The notes beneath the pieces are model-generated. The model saw only the letters and a program-made list of their open reading frames with translations. It made no database searches and had not been told where the DNA came from. From NCBI GenBank assembly GCA_902521955.1, contig CABYTP010000003.1:5910-69909 (forward strand): a stretch of 64,000 nucleotides of DNA, given 5' to 3'. This DNA comes from an uncultured Candidatus Actinomarina sp. GTDB lineage: Bacteria > Actinomycetota > Acidimicrobiia > Actinomarinales > Actinomarinaceae. This document shows positions 8,807-18,316 of this stretch, piece after piece. Position 1 is the first letter of the stretch, and each line of letters begins with the position of its first letter. Position numbers and translations under genes: made by a program.

Positions 8807-9130
8807 GTGAAAATTTGCTTAATAACTGATAACACCTGGGTAAAGGATTCTTTACTTAAATTTCTTGATTTTGAATACAATTTCACACATCTTGATAATG
8901 GCGATGATATTAAATTATCTTATGATTATATTTTTGTTGATATGCAAGTAAATAACAACGGAGGTCCATCAATAGTAAGGGAAATTAATAGGGATATAAA
9001 ATTCCAGAATTCTAAAATTATTCTATTAATTGATAGGGAAGCTGACACTTTTCAAGCGAAAAGAGTAGGGGCTGATGGATATTTGCTTAAACCAATTGAT
9101 AAAACTAATTTAAAAAACCTTTTTACTTAA
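8807..9130 (+). CDS. stand-alone response-regulator receiver domain protein
   Basis: 107 aa, GTG start. IFVDMQV (phospho-Asp position), ILLID, and GADGYLLKPID (conserved Lys-Pro) fit a CheY-like receiver. No output domain, and no kinase gene nearby. Confidence 0.55.
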   Translation: MKICLITDNTWVKDSLLKFLDFEYNFTHLDNGDDIKLSYDYIFVDMQVNNNGGPSIVREINRDIKFQNSKIILLIDREADTFQAKRVGADGYLLKPIDKTNLKNLFT

Positions 9131-9161
9131 ACAGAAAATACTTTAAAATCAAATATACATA

Positions 9162-10415
9162 TTGAGTACTGACTACATAATCATCATTCTTATAGCAATT
9201 TGCTTGTTTTTCTCTGCATTGCTTTCTGGCTCAGAGACTGCTATTACCTATGTTCCTAGAGAGAAAATACATCAACTTAAAGATTCAAAGAGAAATAATA
9301 AAATAAAGAAAGCAAAAGATGAGTTGGAAAAAACTATCGGAGGAATTCTCGTAGCTAATAATTTTGTAAATATTCTTATGGCTTCTCTTTCAACAGTATT
9401 ATTTGTTCGTCTTTTACAAGGTGATGAAACTGCAGGTTCAGCTTTATCTACACTAGTAATCACATTACTTGTATTAGTAATTGGAGAGATTACTCCTAAA
9501 ACGATTGCATCAAGAAATCCGATTGGTTTCCTATCAAAAACTGCATTTATAATAGATTTTCTTTCAAGAGCCTTTGCTCCGTTTACAAGCCTAATTACCA
9601 ATTCAATTGATAGAACTTCTAAACAAGGCGATATGGATGGAGACAATGAAATAACAGAAGCGGATATTCAGGCACTTACAGCACTTGGTGAGATGGAGGG
9701 GCAAATTTTGCCAGCTGAAAGAGAAATTATTGACTCTCTATTAGATTTTTCTGATAGGCCAATTAAAGAAATTATGACTCCTAGGGTAGATGTATTATTT
9801 CTTTCTTTGCCAGTAAATATGGGGGATGTTAAAAAAATTGTAGACGAAAAAAGAATATCTAGAATGCCAATATCAAGATCTGAGTCCTTAGATGATACAT
9901 TTGGTATTGTATACGTAAAAGACATATTTAATCTTGATGCTTCAGCAAGTTCTGTAGAGGTTGAAAATCTAGTAAAAGATGCCATATATCTTCCCGAATA
10001 CACAACAGTGTTGTCTGCTTTAAATATTCTTAGAGAAAATCAAGCAAGTTTTGCATGTGTTATTGATGAGAATGGTGGGATTGAGGGGGTCATAACTATA
10101 AAAGATGTTCTCTCGGAATTCGTTGGGGACTTACCGGACGAACATGATGAAAGGTTTTCAGGCATTAGAAGACTTGGTCCTGGGCAGTGGGTTGTAGAAG
10201 GAAAAACTGATATTGATGACTTTGAAGAATTTTTTGGACTTGAATCCCAAGAATCAGATGTTGCAACAGTTGGAGGACTTTATTTAAGCTACTCTGAAAA
10301 ACTTCCAAATATTAATGAAAAAATTACAATTCATGGTTTAGAACTCACTGTTACCGCTGTTGATAATCGAAGAATAGATTCACTAGTAGTTAAAAAAATA
10401 TCCAAAATTAATTAA
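9162..10415 (+). CDS. CNNM/HlyC/CorC family transporter (DUF21-CBS pair-CorC_HlyC)
   Basis: 417 aa, TTG start. N-terminal DUF21 TM region (SGSETAIT), tandem CBS region (IMTPRVD ... ISRMPI) and a C-terminal CorC_HlyC-like domain (VGGLYL ... GLELTV). Confidence 0.8.
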   Translation: MSTDYIIIILIAICLFFSALLSGSETAITYVPREKIHQLKDSKRNNKIKKAKDELEKTIGGILVANNFVNILMASLSTVLFVRLLQGDETAGSALSTLVITLLVLVIGEITPKTIASRNPIGFLSKTAFIIDFLSRAFAPFTSLITNSIDRTSKQGDMDGDNEITEADIQALTALGEMEGQILPAEREIIDSLLDFSDRPIKEIMTPRVDVLFLSLPVNMGDVKKIVDEKRISRMPISRSESLDDTFGIVYVKDIFNLDASASSVEVENLVKDAIYLPEYTTVLSALNILRENQASFACVIDENGGIEGVITIKDVLSEFVGDLPDEHDERFSGIRRLGPGQWVVEGKTDIDDFEEFFGLESQESDVATVGGLYLSYSEKLPNINEKITIHGLELTVTAVDNRRIDSLVVKKISKIN

Positions 10416-10483
10416 GTTACAAAACTTATAATATATTAAAACCTCCATCAAATTACTATTTTAAAGTAAGCTATTATGTCAAT

Positions 10484-10762
10484 ATGCAGGTTATATATGC
10501 ACTGGTTCCTTTAATTGGTGGTTGGTTAGTTTATGGATTAATTGCATCTCTATTTTTAAAAAATGCAAGTAGTAGAGACTACCTTTTGTTAATATCATCA
10601 GGATTAATAGGTGGTCTTTTAGGTGGCTTTATAGGTTCGGGTATGGATATTCCTTCAAACTTATGGTGGATGAGAGAGTTAATTAAAGTTGGTGTAACAA
10701 TTTTATCTATGTATACAATTCAAATAATTAGAATACAATATCACAATTTTAAAAAACAGTAA
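10484..10762 (+). CDS. GlsB/YeaQ/YmgE-like small membrane protein
   Basis: 92 aa, three hydrophobic segments, with a Gly-rich helix GLIGGLLGGFIGSG like transglycosylase-associated family proteins. Confidence 0.4.
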   Translation: MQVIYALVPLIGGWLVYGLIASLFLKNASSRDYLLLISSGLIGGLLGGFIGSGMDIPSNLWWMRELIKVGVTILSMYTIQIIRIQYHNFKKQ

Positions 10763-11038
10763 CTAATTCTTTGGGACTCTTGCTGCTTTAAGTAAATTTC
10801 CGTTTTCATCAATTAAACCACATCTCTTTGAGATTAATTTTGGATTAAATGCGAAAAGATTTTTTCTCCAAGTTGCTATGTACCCATAACCTCCAACTTC
10901 ATCAAGCCTAGACAATGCCTCGCCTAGCTCTTTTGAAGACTCTGCTACAACAACTGGTAAAGAATCATACAGAGCATCCCACTCCTCAGACTCCTGAACT
11001 TTAGATGAAGTAAGGAGTGTTTTTAATATGCTACTCAT
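10763..11038 (-). CDS. hypothetical protein, last gene of the mtl/HPr operon
   Basis: 91 aa ORF whose start overlaps the ptsH stop by 8 nt. No motif recognised. Confidence 0.4.
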   Translation of the reverse strand: MSSILKTLLTSSKVQESEEWDALYDSLPVVVAESSKELGEALSRLDEVGGYGYIATWRKNLFAFNPKLISKRCGLIDENGNLLKAARVPKN

Positions 11039-11318
11039 TATTATCTAAAAGCTGTTCAAACCTAATTAAAAAACTTTCCTCGTCATCTCCATCCAAAACT
11101 AGAGTAAATGGTTTATCTTTAGCTATCCCTAAACTTAAGATTCCTATCATGCTCTTTCCATCTTTTTCAACTATTTCTTCTTCTCCAGTTTCTTTATTTA
11201 CTTTTGGAAATTTTACTGCCACAGTTCCATTAAACTCTTGCGCTAATTTTACAAATAAACTTGCAGGTCGAGCATGTAGACCAACTTCATCTTTTACAAC
11301 TAATTCTTTTTCAATCAT
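11031..11318 (-). CDS. ptsH: phosphocarrier protein HPr
   Basis: 95 aa. VGLHARPAS contains the His-15 phosphorylation motif. GKSMIGILSLG resembles the Ser-46 region. Confidence 0.85.
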   Translation of the reverse strand: MIEKELVVKDEVGLHARPASLFVKLAQEFNGTVAVKFPKVNKETGEEEIVEKDGKSMIGILSLGIAKDKPFTLVLDGDDEESFLIRFEQLLDNNE

Positions 11319-12398
11319 CTAACCTCCAAGCTTTTCAATGTATCTATCACTATAGTCTTCAAGCTCCCAAAATTCCTTATAAAATTTCTCTCTTCCGATA
11401 GATATGTGATCTTTACGGAATTGGTCATACCCATCAATGTCTGAAAAACTATTTTCAAATATAATATCTAGGATTTCTTTAAAAGAACTTACATCGCTAT
11501 TATTTGCTATCAATGTGCGAAGTGGATACTCAAATCGTTCATCTTTAGAGAACTTTATTTCTGGATTTCTACAAATTCGATTAACTTCATCCTTTATAAG
11601 AGAAAGGGAGAAACGCTCAATAATTAGGTTAGTGAAACTTTCATGATCCAAGTCTTGATTTGTGAATAGGTTAAAAGCAGTGCTTAATTGTGAGACTGTT
11701 TCTTTTGCGAATGCAACTCCTACGTCTTTATCTAAGATTTCATGAATAAAATTAATATTGTTAGACTTTGCAAAATATGCCAATTGTAAGTGAAGTCCGT
11801 TAAGCAACCATAATTTTTTATAAAACTCATTATCATAATTTTTATAATTAACAACATCTGATTTTTTTAAAGGCCTGCCTTCAGAGTCTTCATCAAGGAT
11901 AATTGATCCATATTTTTCAACAGTCACACTTAAAGATTGCGTAATTTGGGGGGGGACTATTTTATCAACTACTGCATCTATAACTTCTAAATTAGAATTC
12001 AATTTATCAACCTTGTTACTTGATGTACTGGAAGCTCTATACATATTTTCAAAAGCAACAAATATTTGGTTTCGATCATTATCTAGCTCTGCAACTTTTT
12101 GATAAATATCTTTTACAAATTTAGGACCAACAGAAGTGGAAATCATATCTGCATCTAGTAAAGCTGCTTTAAGTTCACCTGTGCTGGCTAAATCTATAGC
12201 TGTGATATTAGAGACAATGTTAATATCACTACTATTCGCATTGATTGATGTAACTCTGTAACTTTTTTCAGAATTAATTAAATTTACAAGTTCTTTATTT
12301 ACATCGATAAAAATAACTTCATAATCATTTTCAAAAAGTATAGGTGCAATAAATCCTCTACCTATATTTCCAGCACCAAAGTGAACAGCAAGCTTCAT
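11319..12398 (-). CDS. mtlD: mannitol-1-phosphate 5-dehydrogenase
   Basis: N-terminal KLAVHFGAGNIGRGFI is the MtlD Rossmann signature. About 360 aa, immediately downstream of the mannitol PTS genes. Confidence 0.85.
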   Translation of the reverse strand: MKLAVHFGAGNIGRGFIAPILFENDYEVIFIDVNKELVNLINSEKSYRVTSINANSSDINIVSNITAIDLASTGELKAALLDADMISTSVGPKFVKDIYQKVAELDNDRNQIFVAFENMYRASSTSSNKVDKLNSNLEVIDAVVDKIVPPQITQSLSVTVEKYGSIILDEDSEGRPLKKSDVVNYKNYDNEFYKKLWLLNGLHLQLAYFAKSNNINFIHEILDKDVGVAFAKETVSQLSTAFNLFTNQDLDHESFTNLIIERFSLSLIKDEVNRICRNPEIKFSKDERFEYPLRTLIANNSDVSSFKEILDIIFENSFSDIDGYDQFRKDHISIGREKFYKEFWELEDYSDRYIEKLGG

Positions 12399-12838
12399 AG
12401 TGATTGAGATAGTAAATTAAAAATATTTTCAACCGATGTTTCTTGCCAAAGTTTCTTAGCATCGTCTTCATCTTCAATAGCGTCGGCAAGGGCGGCAAGA
12501 ACATTCATGTGTTCATCGGAATTTGCAGCAATCCCAACTATTATAAAAGCCATCTCCTCTCCCCATGAAACACCCTCTGGAACCTGAATAACACTGATTC
12601 CAGTATGTAGAACGTGAACTGAACCAGATGACATACCGTGAGGAATAGCAACACCATTCCCAATAAATGTTGCGAATAATTGAGTATCTAACTTTTCAAG
12701 CATAGAGTCAATGTATTCTTTTTCGATATACCCGTTTTCAAAAAGAAGCTGTCCTGAAGCAATGGTGGCTTCCTCTTTTGTTTTAAAATCTCTGTTTGTT
12801 GAAATTGAATCTACCAACAATACTTTTTTTTGACTCAT
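12395..12838 (-). CDS. PTS EIIA component, mannitol/fructose (EIIA-2) type
   Basis: 147 aa with GNGVAIPHG, the active-site His motif of PTS_EIIA_2. Confidence 0.8.
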   Translation of the reverse strand: MSQKKVLLVDSISTNRDFKTKEEATIASGQLLFENGYIEKEYIDSMLEKLDTQLFATFIGNGVAIPHGMSSGSVHVLHTGISVIQVPEGVSWGEEMAFIIVGIAANSDEHMNVLAALADAIEDEDDAKKLWQETSVENIFNLLSQSL

Positions 12839-13155
12839 GTAGAGGTTATTTCATTACCCTCTGATAAATCAGTAATTAATTTTTTAAGTGCTGGGTCATT
12901 CATGAACATCATAAACTGGATGACCACAGCATTTTCTGGTGCTGCAGCTTTTGCAGCAGCTGCTAGGCCTGTATGACAAACGACTATATCTGAATCAGCT
13001 GGTATCTGAGTAGCTGGTGCATGAACGATTTCAACATCTAAACCAGCTTTCTTGGCTTTTTTAACTAGGCCATTCTTTACCATTAAGCTTGAACCAGCTC
13101 CAGCTTCACAAGCTAAACATATCTTTTTTACTTCTGCTCCGTTAATTGAACTCAT
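12835..13155 (-). CDS. PTS EIIB component, mannitol type
   Basis: KKICLACEAGAGSSLM carries the EIIB active-site Cys. I place the start at the ATG at 13155, 5 nt after a GGAGG Shine-Dalgarno. The track start at 13203 lies inside the upstream hairpin. Confidence 0.75.
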   Translation of the reverse strand: MSSINGAEVKKICLACEAGAGSSLMVKNGLVKKAKKAGLDVEIVHAPATQIPADSDIVVCHTGLAAAAKAAAPENAVVIQFMMFMNDPALKKLITDLSEGNEITST

Positions 13156-13164
13156 AATTCCTCC

Positions 13165-13203
13165 AAAAAAAAATTGACTTGGGAATTTTACTTCCCAAGT
13201 CAA
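13165..13203 (-). terminator. intra-operon intrinsic-terminator-like hairpin between mannitol EIIC and EIIB
   Basis: Perfect 12 bp stem TTGACTTGGGAA/TTCCCAAGTCAA (13174-13185 and 13192-13203) with a 6 nt loop. On the transcribed minus strand it is followed by a run of 9 U (13165-13173), then GGAGG and the EIIB ATG. Confidence 0.55.
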
Positions 13204-13223
13204 TTATAACTTAATAGTTTTAA

Positions 13224-14285
13224 TTAAACAGTTGGTATGTTGCTTTCAATTACGGCATCAACACCTGCATCTGTTTCTTTAATTGGACGTGCTCTTAGCA
13301 AGATAACACCAACAACTGCTGATGCTGCTGTAGCAATTGCTACACCTGCTAATACTGGGAACGCCCCACCTTTCGGAAGCATTGCTATATAAGCAAAAAT
13401 ACTTCCTGGTGACGGAGGTCCTACTAAACCTGCACCGGTTGCTACGAACCATAGGTCAGCAGAAATTCCTCCAGCCCACATTGCGATGATCATAATTGGA
13501 TGACCAAGGACATATGGGAAATAAATTTCATGTATTCCTCCAAAGAAGTGAATAATGATTGAGCCTGGTGCGGATTCTTTCCACATACCAGTACCGGCAA
13601 ACCAGTAAGCCAAAAGTAGACCTAAACCAGGACCTGGATTAGTCTCCAAAAGGAAATAAATTGATTGACCTGCTTCTGCAGACTCAGCTGCTCCAAGAGG
13701 TGTTAACACACCTTGGTTTACAGCATTGTTCAAGAACAATACCTTCGCAACTTCAATTGGAATGTCAGCTAGTGGCACTAGACCGCTGTCTACTAACCAA
13801 GCTGCACCGTTACCTAATGCATTTGTTATTGCATCAAGTACTGGGCTAATTACATTATAAGCAACGACTGCTAAGCCCCAACCTAGAATACCGAGAGAGA
13901 AGTTATCATATAACATCTCAAATCCCTCAGGTACACTATCTTGTACTCTGTCGTCAACTTGCTTCATGATCCAAGCTGCTAATGGACCCATTACCATAGC
14001 ACCTAAGAACTGTGGTGAGGAAGTAGCAACAATAATAGCTGTTGTTACAACTGCACCAATAACTCCACCTCTATGACCATGTACCATCTTTCCACCTGTG
14101 TAACCTAACAAAAGTGGTAATAAGGTAACAATCATAGGACCAACCATGGATGACAAATCTTCATTTGGCAGCCAACCAGTTGGAATGTAGAGTGCTGTAA
14201 TTAAACCCCAAGCGATAAAAGCACCAATGTTAGGAATAACCATTCCTGACATAGCACCGCCAACGCGTTGTATGGATTCTTTCAT
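13224..14285 (-). CDS. mtlA: PTS EIIC component, mannitol-specific
   Basis: 353 aa polytopic membrane protein. IPNIGAFIAWG and GGIHEIYFPYVL match the MtlA EIIC domain. Confidence 0.85.
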   Translation of the reverse strand: MKESIQRVGGAMSGMVIPNIGAFIAWGLITALYIPTGWLPNEDLSSMVGPMIVTLLPLLLGYTGGKMVHGHRGGVIGAVVTTAIIVATSSPQFLGAMVMGPLAAWIMKQVDDRVQDSVPEGFEMLYDNFSLGILGWGLAVVAYNVISPVLDAITNALGNGAAWLVDSGLVPLADIPIEVAKVLFLNNAVNQGVLTPLGAAESAEAGQSIYFLLETNPGPGLGLLLAYWFAGTGMWKESAPGSIIIHFFGGIHEIYFPYVLGHPIMIIAMWAGGISADLWFVATGAGLVGPPSPGSIFAYIAMLPKGGAFPVLAGVAIATAASAVVGVILLRARPIKETDAGVDAVIESNIPTV

Positions 14286-14450
14286 ATTTACAATCCCCCT
14301 AATCGATTGTTTGTTTATACGTATTTAATTATTTTAAAATAATCAATTTAATTATAAGAAAATTTTCAATAGGTTTCAGGTAGATGTGGTATAAATTTAT
14401 ACATTTTATGTAACCATTTGATACACTTAAGGCACTAAAAAAGAAAAATC

Positions 14451-14834
14451 ATGAAAAATTTACTATATCTTCTTATTGGAATTGGGTTTTTAGCAATTAT
14501 CTCAAGTAGTGCTTCAGGTTTTTTAACTTCCGAAACCAGCAGTACACTAGATGGACTTTATGAAGAAAGTTTTTATATTGATCCTGAAAATATTGAAATA
14601 AGTGATGATGTAGTAAAGATTTATCTTTTACAAATTAATAAAAATAATGGCGAAAAAAAAGTAAATGATTGTCTGAATTTTTATAGTTCTGAATATGAAA
14701 ACTACAAAATTGAATGCTCTATCTCAGTAAATGAAAATATAGCATTTGATGATGAGTGTGTTTTCATAACAGGAGTTTTTATAAAAGAAGAAGAAAAAGA
14801 TGTAGTTACTATTGTGAAAGATAACTCTTGTTAG
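14451..14834 (+). CDS. hypothetical secreted protein
   Basis: 127 aa with an N-terminal signal-like helix (LLYLLIGIGFLAIISSSASG). It is the only plus-strand gene between the two minus-strand PTS operons. No motif recognised. Confidence 0.4.
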   Translation: MKNLLYLLIGIGFLAIISSSASGFLTSETSSTLDGLYEESFYIDPENIEISDDVVKIYLLQINKNNGEKKVNDCLNFYSSEYENYKIECSISVNENIAFDDECVFITGVFIKEEEKDVVTIVKDNSC

Positions 14835-14837
14835 TAA

Positions 14838-15110
14838 TTAATCAAAAATAGAACCAAGTAAACTATCCTCTTCTGTTTCTATCTCGGCTACAGGTTCTCC
14901 AACATTAACCATGTCTCCTTCATTAGCAATTAAATTTATAATCTCGCCAGAGTAAGGGGATTCAAGATCCATATCTACCTTATCTGTTGAAATCTCACAA
15001 ATGACATCTCCTTTATTAACTTTGTCACCGATAGAAACTTTCCAAGATAGTAACTCTGCCTCTGACATTTGATCAGACATAGCTGGTAGCAGGATATTTT
15101 CTTTGGCCAT
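14838..15110 (-). CDS. stand-alone lipoyl-attachment domain protein (E2-like lipoyl domain only)
   Basis: 90 aa. CEISTDKVDMDLESPYSGEI matches the lipoyl-lysine motif (E.DKA..E..S...G). There is no E2 catalytic or subunit-binding domain. Confidence 0.75.
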   Translation of the reverse strand: MAKENILLPAMSDQMSEAELLSWKVSIGDKVNKGDVICEISTDKVDMDLESPYSGEIINLIANEGDMVNVGEPVAEIETEEDSLLGSIFD

Positions 15111-15116
15111 ATTAAT

Positions 15117-16115
15117 TTATACCATATCTTTAATAGCTTGCATAATGTCTTCCTTTTGAGGGATAACTGTTGTTTCTAAATGTTTTGCAGAGGGCATTGG
15201 TGAATGAAGTCCTGAAACTAACTTGGGAGCAATAGAAAGACTAGAGAATGCATCGCTCTGAACAACATTAGAAATTACAGTACTTCCAACTGAGCTGTTT
15301 GCAGGAGCTTCTTGGCAAACAAGAAGCTTCTTTGTCTTTGAAACTGAAGTAATTATGGTTTCCATATCCAGAGGGGAAAGAGTTTGAAGATCAATGAGTT
15401 CTGCAGAGATTTCAGATAGCTCATCAGAGGAAATTGCATCCTTTACAACATTCACCATGTTTGAATAAGAGACAATAGTAATATCATTTCCTTCAGATAA
15501 AATTTTTGCCTGACCAAGAAGCTCAGAATTACTTGGAATGTTATTTAAAACTACATCATCTTTAATTTTATAAATTAATTTATGTTCCATAAATATTACT
15601 GGATTTGGATCAACAAAAGAATGCAAAAGCAAATCATATGCATTTTGTGGGTTTGACGGTGTAACAACTTTCAAACCTGGAACATGACAAAACCAAGACT
15701 CTAAAGACTGGCTATGTTGTGCAGCAGCTCCTGTCCCAGCACCACTAGCGCCCCTAACAACAATGGGTACATTGACTGCGCCACCATACATAAAATGAAG
15801 TTTTGCGGCTTGATTAACAATTGGATCCATCGCATTTACAATAAAATCACTGAACTGCATCTCTACAATAGGTTTTGAGTCTGTCATGGCAGCACCTACT
15901 GCTAAACCAGCTATTACATCTTCAGCTATAGGTGTATCTTTTATTCTCTCTTCTCCAAAAGTTTCTAATAATCCATCAGTAACTCCAAATGCACCACCGT
16001 AGATTCCTATATCTTCACCTGCTATGAAAGCATTTGGATATTCTTTAAGAATTAGTGAGAGTGCATTGTTGATTGCCTGCCCAACAGAAAGCTCAGGCAT
16101 AAGAGTCCTCCTCAA
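15117..16115 (-). CDS. TPP-dependent 2-oxoacid/acetoin dehydrogenase E1 component, beta subunit
   Basis: 332 aa. AINNAL ... GEDIG.YGGAFGVT ... RIKDTPIAE ... GLKVV.PS are typical E1-beta (transketolase Pyr and C-terminal domains). The start may be the internal MPELSV (16100). Confidence 0.85.
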   Translation of the reverse strand: MRRTLMPELSVGQAINNALSLILKEYPNAFIAGEDIGIYGGAFGVTDGLLETFGEERIKDTPIAEDVIAGLAVGAAMTDSKPIVEMQFSDFIVNAMDPIVNQAAKLHFMYGGAVNVPIVVRGASGAGTGAAAQHSQSLESWFCHVPGLKVVTPSNPQNAYDLLLHSFVDPNPVIFMEHKLIYKIKDDVVLNNIPSNSELLGQAKILSEGNDITIVSYSNMVNVVKDAISSDELSEISAELIDLQTLSPLDMETIITSVSKTKKLLVCQEAPANSSVGSTVISNVVQSDAFSSLSIAPKLVSGLHSPMPSAKHLETTVIPQKEDIMQAIKDMV

Positions 16116-17052
16116 GATTAGTGACGGGACTTAGTGGAGAGTCTAAAGCTTTCTTTACTGAAGTTCTTATTGTGTTTTTTACTTCTTCATCAATTTCTTT
16201 TAAATCTACTTCTGTAATGCCTTGTTCAAGAAGTTTTCCAATATATCTTTTAATTGGATCTTTTTCATCCTTCCAGAAATTTATTTCCTCACTTGTCCTG
16301 TATAAATTACGATCAGACTTTGAGTGTCCCCTATACCGATATGTAACAGCTTCAATAAATTTTGGTCTATTATTACTTAATATTTCATCTTTAAAAGTGG
16401 CTACACTTTCATAAACAGCCTCAACATCATTACCATCAATTTGAATACTTTCAATACCGTATGAGTTTCCTCGTGATGCAATTGATTCCCCGGCAACTGC
16501 TTTTTCTGAAGCCATAGACATTCCGTATTGATTATTCTCACATAAAAAAAGTACAGGAAGGTTCCATAATGAAGCTAAGTTAAGTGCTTCGTGAAATGAT
16601 CCCTCATTTACAGCTCCGTCACCAAAGAAACATAAAACTATATTTTCTTTCTTTTGTAACTGAAATGAAAGAGCTGCTCCAACAGATATGGTTAAACTTC
16701 CTGCAACTATACCATTGGCACCAAGATTTCCGTTTGATAAATCAGCAATGTGCATGGAGCCTCCACGACCTCTACAATATCCGTCTTCACGTCCTAAAAG
16801 CTCAGCAAACATTTTATATGGATCCGCACCCTTGCCTAAACAATGGCCATGTCCTCTATGGGTTGAAGTTATTAAGTCTTTTTTATCTAATGCGAGACAT
16901 GCACCAGCTGCTGTTGCTTCTTGTCCTATGGAGAGATGCATTGTTCCATGCAGTAGGCCGCGAGAAAACATTTCCTCTAATGCTTCTTCAAACAATCTTA
17001 TTAGCATCATCATTCGATGAAGTTCTAATTGGGTATCTTTGGTTACTGACAT
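16093..17052 (-). CDS. TPP-dependent 2-oxoacid/acetoin dehydrogenase E1 component, alpha subunit
   Basis: 319 aa. HLSIGQEA, YRGHGH, GDGAVNEG (TPP-binding GDG-x-NEG) and YRYRGHS motifs. Confidence 0.85.
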   Translation of the reverse strand: MSVTKDTQLELHRMMMLIRLFEEALEEMFSRGLLHGTMHLSIGQEATAAGACLALDKKDLITSTHRGHGHCLGKGADPYKMFAELLGREDGYCRGRGGSMHIADLSNGNLGANGIVAGSLTISVGAALSFQLQKKENIVLCFFGDGAVNEGSFHEALNLASLWNLPVLFLCENNQYGMSMASEKAVAGESIASRGNSYGIESIQIDGNDVEAVYESVATFKDEILSNNRPKFIEAVTYRYRGHSKSDRNLYRTSEEINFWKDEKDPIKRYIGKLLEQGITEVDLKEIDEEVKNTIRTSVKKALDSPLSPVTNLEEDSYA

Positions 17053-17062
17053 TAATTTCTAT

Positions 17063-18316
17063 TTAACTATTATCTTGTAATTTTCGTAAATTGTTAATTA
17101 AATTTTTTGGAAGGTTTACATCATCAAAGGTAATTGGGTCACCTTGTTTTATATCGTTTACTACTTCCGCACCCTCAAGAAGACCTAATGGAACTAAATT
17201 CTCAGCTTCACTAACTGGATAAGTTACGCCGTATGAATTAAATCCACCAATCCCATCTACAACTTCACCTTTACTTAAATCTTTTTTTGCATGTCCTACT
17301 ACTTCAGCTATCCATGTCGTAGGTTGTAGTCCCGGTTCTTGGTTGATGATTGCCATACCAATACTTCTTGGTGCCTCTATAGAAGCTAGGTGATATGGTC
17401 TGTAAAAAGTGTAGTAGGGACCTTCACCCATAGAGAGATATTCCATTTCTTCAATAACCGTAGAGTTTTCAGATTTTACAATAGCAAACACACCTGGAGC
17501 TGGTCCAAAAGCATAATCCACTCGTCCTGAACTACTAAGTACACCACCATCTTCTTGAGGTATAAGTATTTTATTTAAATCACTAACTTCACTGACGGGT
17601 CCATTCATCCCGGCTTTATCTGGTGGTAAGTTTATTGCATTTGCAAGAGCGGCCATTTCTATCATTGTCTTAGAACCATCTTCAAAACTAGCTAACATTT
17701 TTGGATTCATTTTTTTCTTAGTTGCTTTTTCTAAACATGAATCTGGGTTAGCAGTTTGATCAAGTGGATTGTTCTTTCCTTTACCCACACAAACAACTTC
17801 AAACCCAAGATCTGTAGAAAAATCATAAAGTTCTTTGCATGCTACAGGTTCATCTCCATTTGCAACACTATAAACTACTCCATTTTCACGTGCTTTATTT
17901 GCAAAATACATACCAATAGTTACATCTGTTTCGACATTTAACATGAGTATATGTTTTTTTGCATCAATACAGGCATTTGCAACTTCTGCGCCAACCCAGG
18001 GAACCCCTGTTGCTTCAAAAACAATATCTACTGGAAGCTCTGCAAGTGCTGATGCGTTATCTACAACACCTCCATTCCCATCTTGAATAGATTTTGCTGC
18101 TTCACTATTGCTTTTAATTATTTCAACTCCTGCTAATGAAAGTGCATTTTCTGCTCTCTTAATATCAATATCTGCACAAGCTACAAGACTCATTCCAGGT
18201 ATTCTGCCAATTTGTGCTGCTAAGCCTGAACCCATCTGTCCAGCACCAGCCAAGCCTACCCTAACTGGTCTTCCTAGTTCTTTTTCTCTTTTAATTAACT
18301 CTTCTGTATAGTTCAT
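17063..18316 (-). CDS. NAD(P)-binding oxidoreductase, homoserine-dehydrogenase-like with SAF-like C-terminus (COG4091-like)
   Basis: 417 aa. N-terminal Rossmann VGLAGAGQMGSGLA. The overall layout resembles the 'predicted homoserine dehydrogenase, SAF domain' family. It sits where srlD would be expected. Confidence 0.5.
   Translation of the reverse strand: MNYTEELIKREKELGRPVRVGLAGAGQMGSGLAAQIGRIPGMSLVACADIDIKRAENALSLAGVEIIKSNSEAAKSIQDGNGGVVDNASALAELPVDIVFEATGVPWVGAEVANACIDAKKHILMLNVETDVTIGMYFANKARENGVVYSVANGDEPVACKELYDFSTDLGFEVVCVGKGKNNPLDQTANPDSCLEKATKKKMNPKMLASFEDGSKTMIEMAALANAINLPPDKAGMNGPVSEVSDLNKILIPQEDGGVLSSSGRVDYAFGPAPGVFAIVKSENSTVIEEMEYLSMGEGPYYTFYRPYHLASIEAPRSIGMAIINQEPGLQPTTWIAEVVGHAKKDLSKGEVVDGIGGFNSYGVTYPVSEAENLVPLGLLEGAEVVNDIKQGDPITFDDVNLPKNLINNLRKLQDNS

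Noticed and set aside
13156-13203. EIIB start at 13203 (MTWEVKFPSQFFFGGIM ...)
   Set aside because: The extension is the translation of the hairpin plus the U-tract. A GGAGG Shine-Dalgarno precedes the internal ATG at 13155.
16093-16115. 23 nt overlap of the E1 alpha and E1 beta ORFs as a sign of frameshift or fusion
   Set aside because: An internal Met (MPELSV, start at 16100) gives a typical E1-beta N-terminus with only a short overlap. Both proteins are full length.
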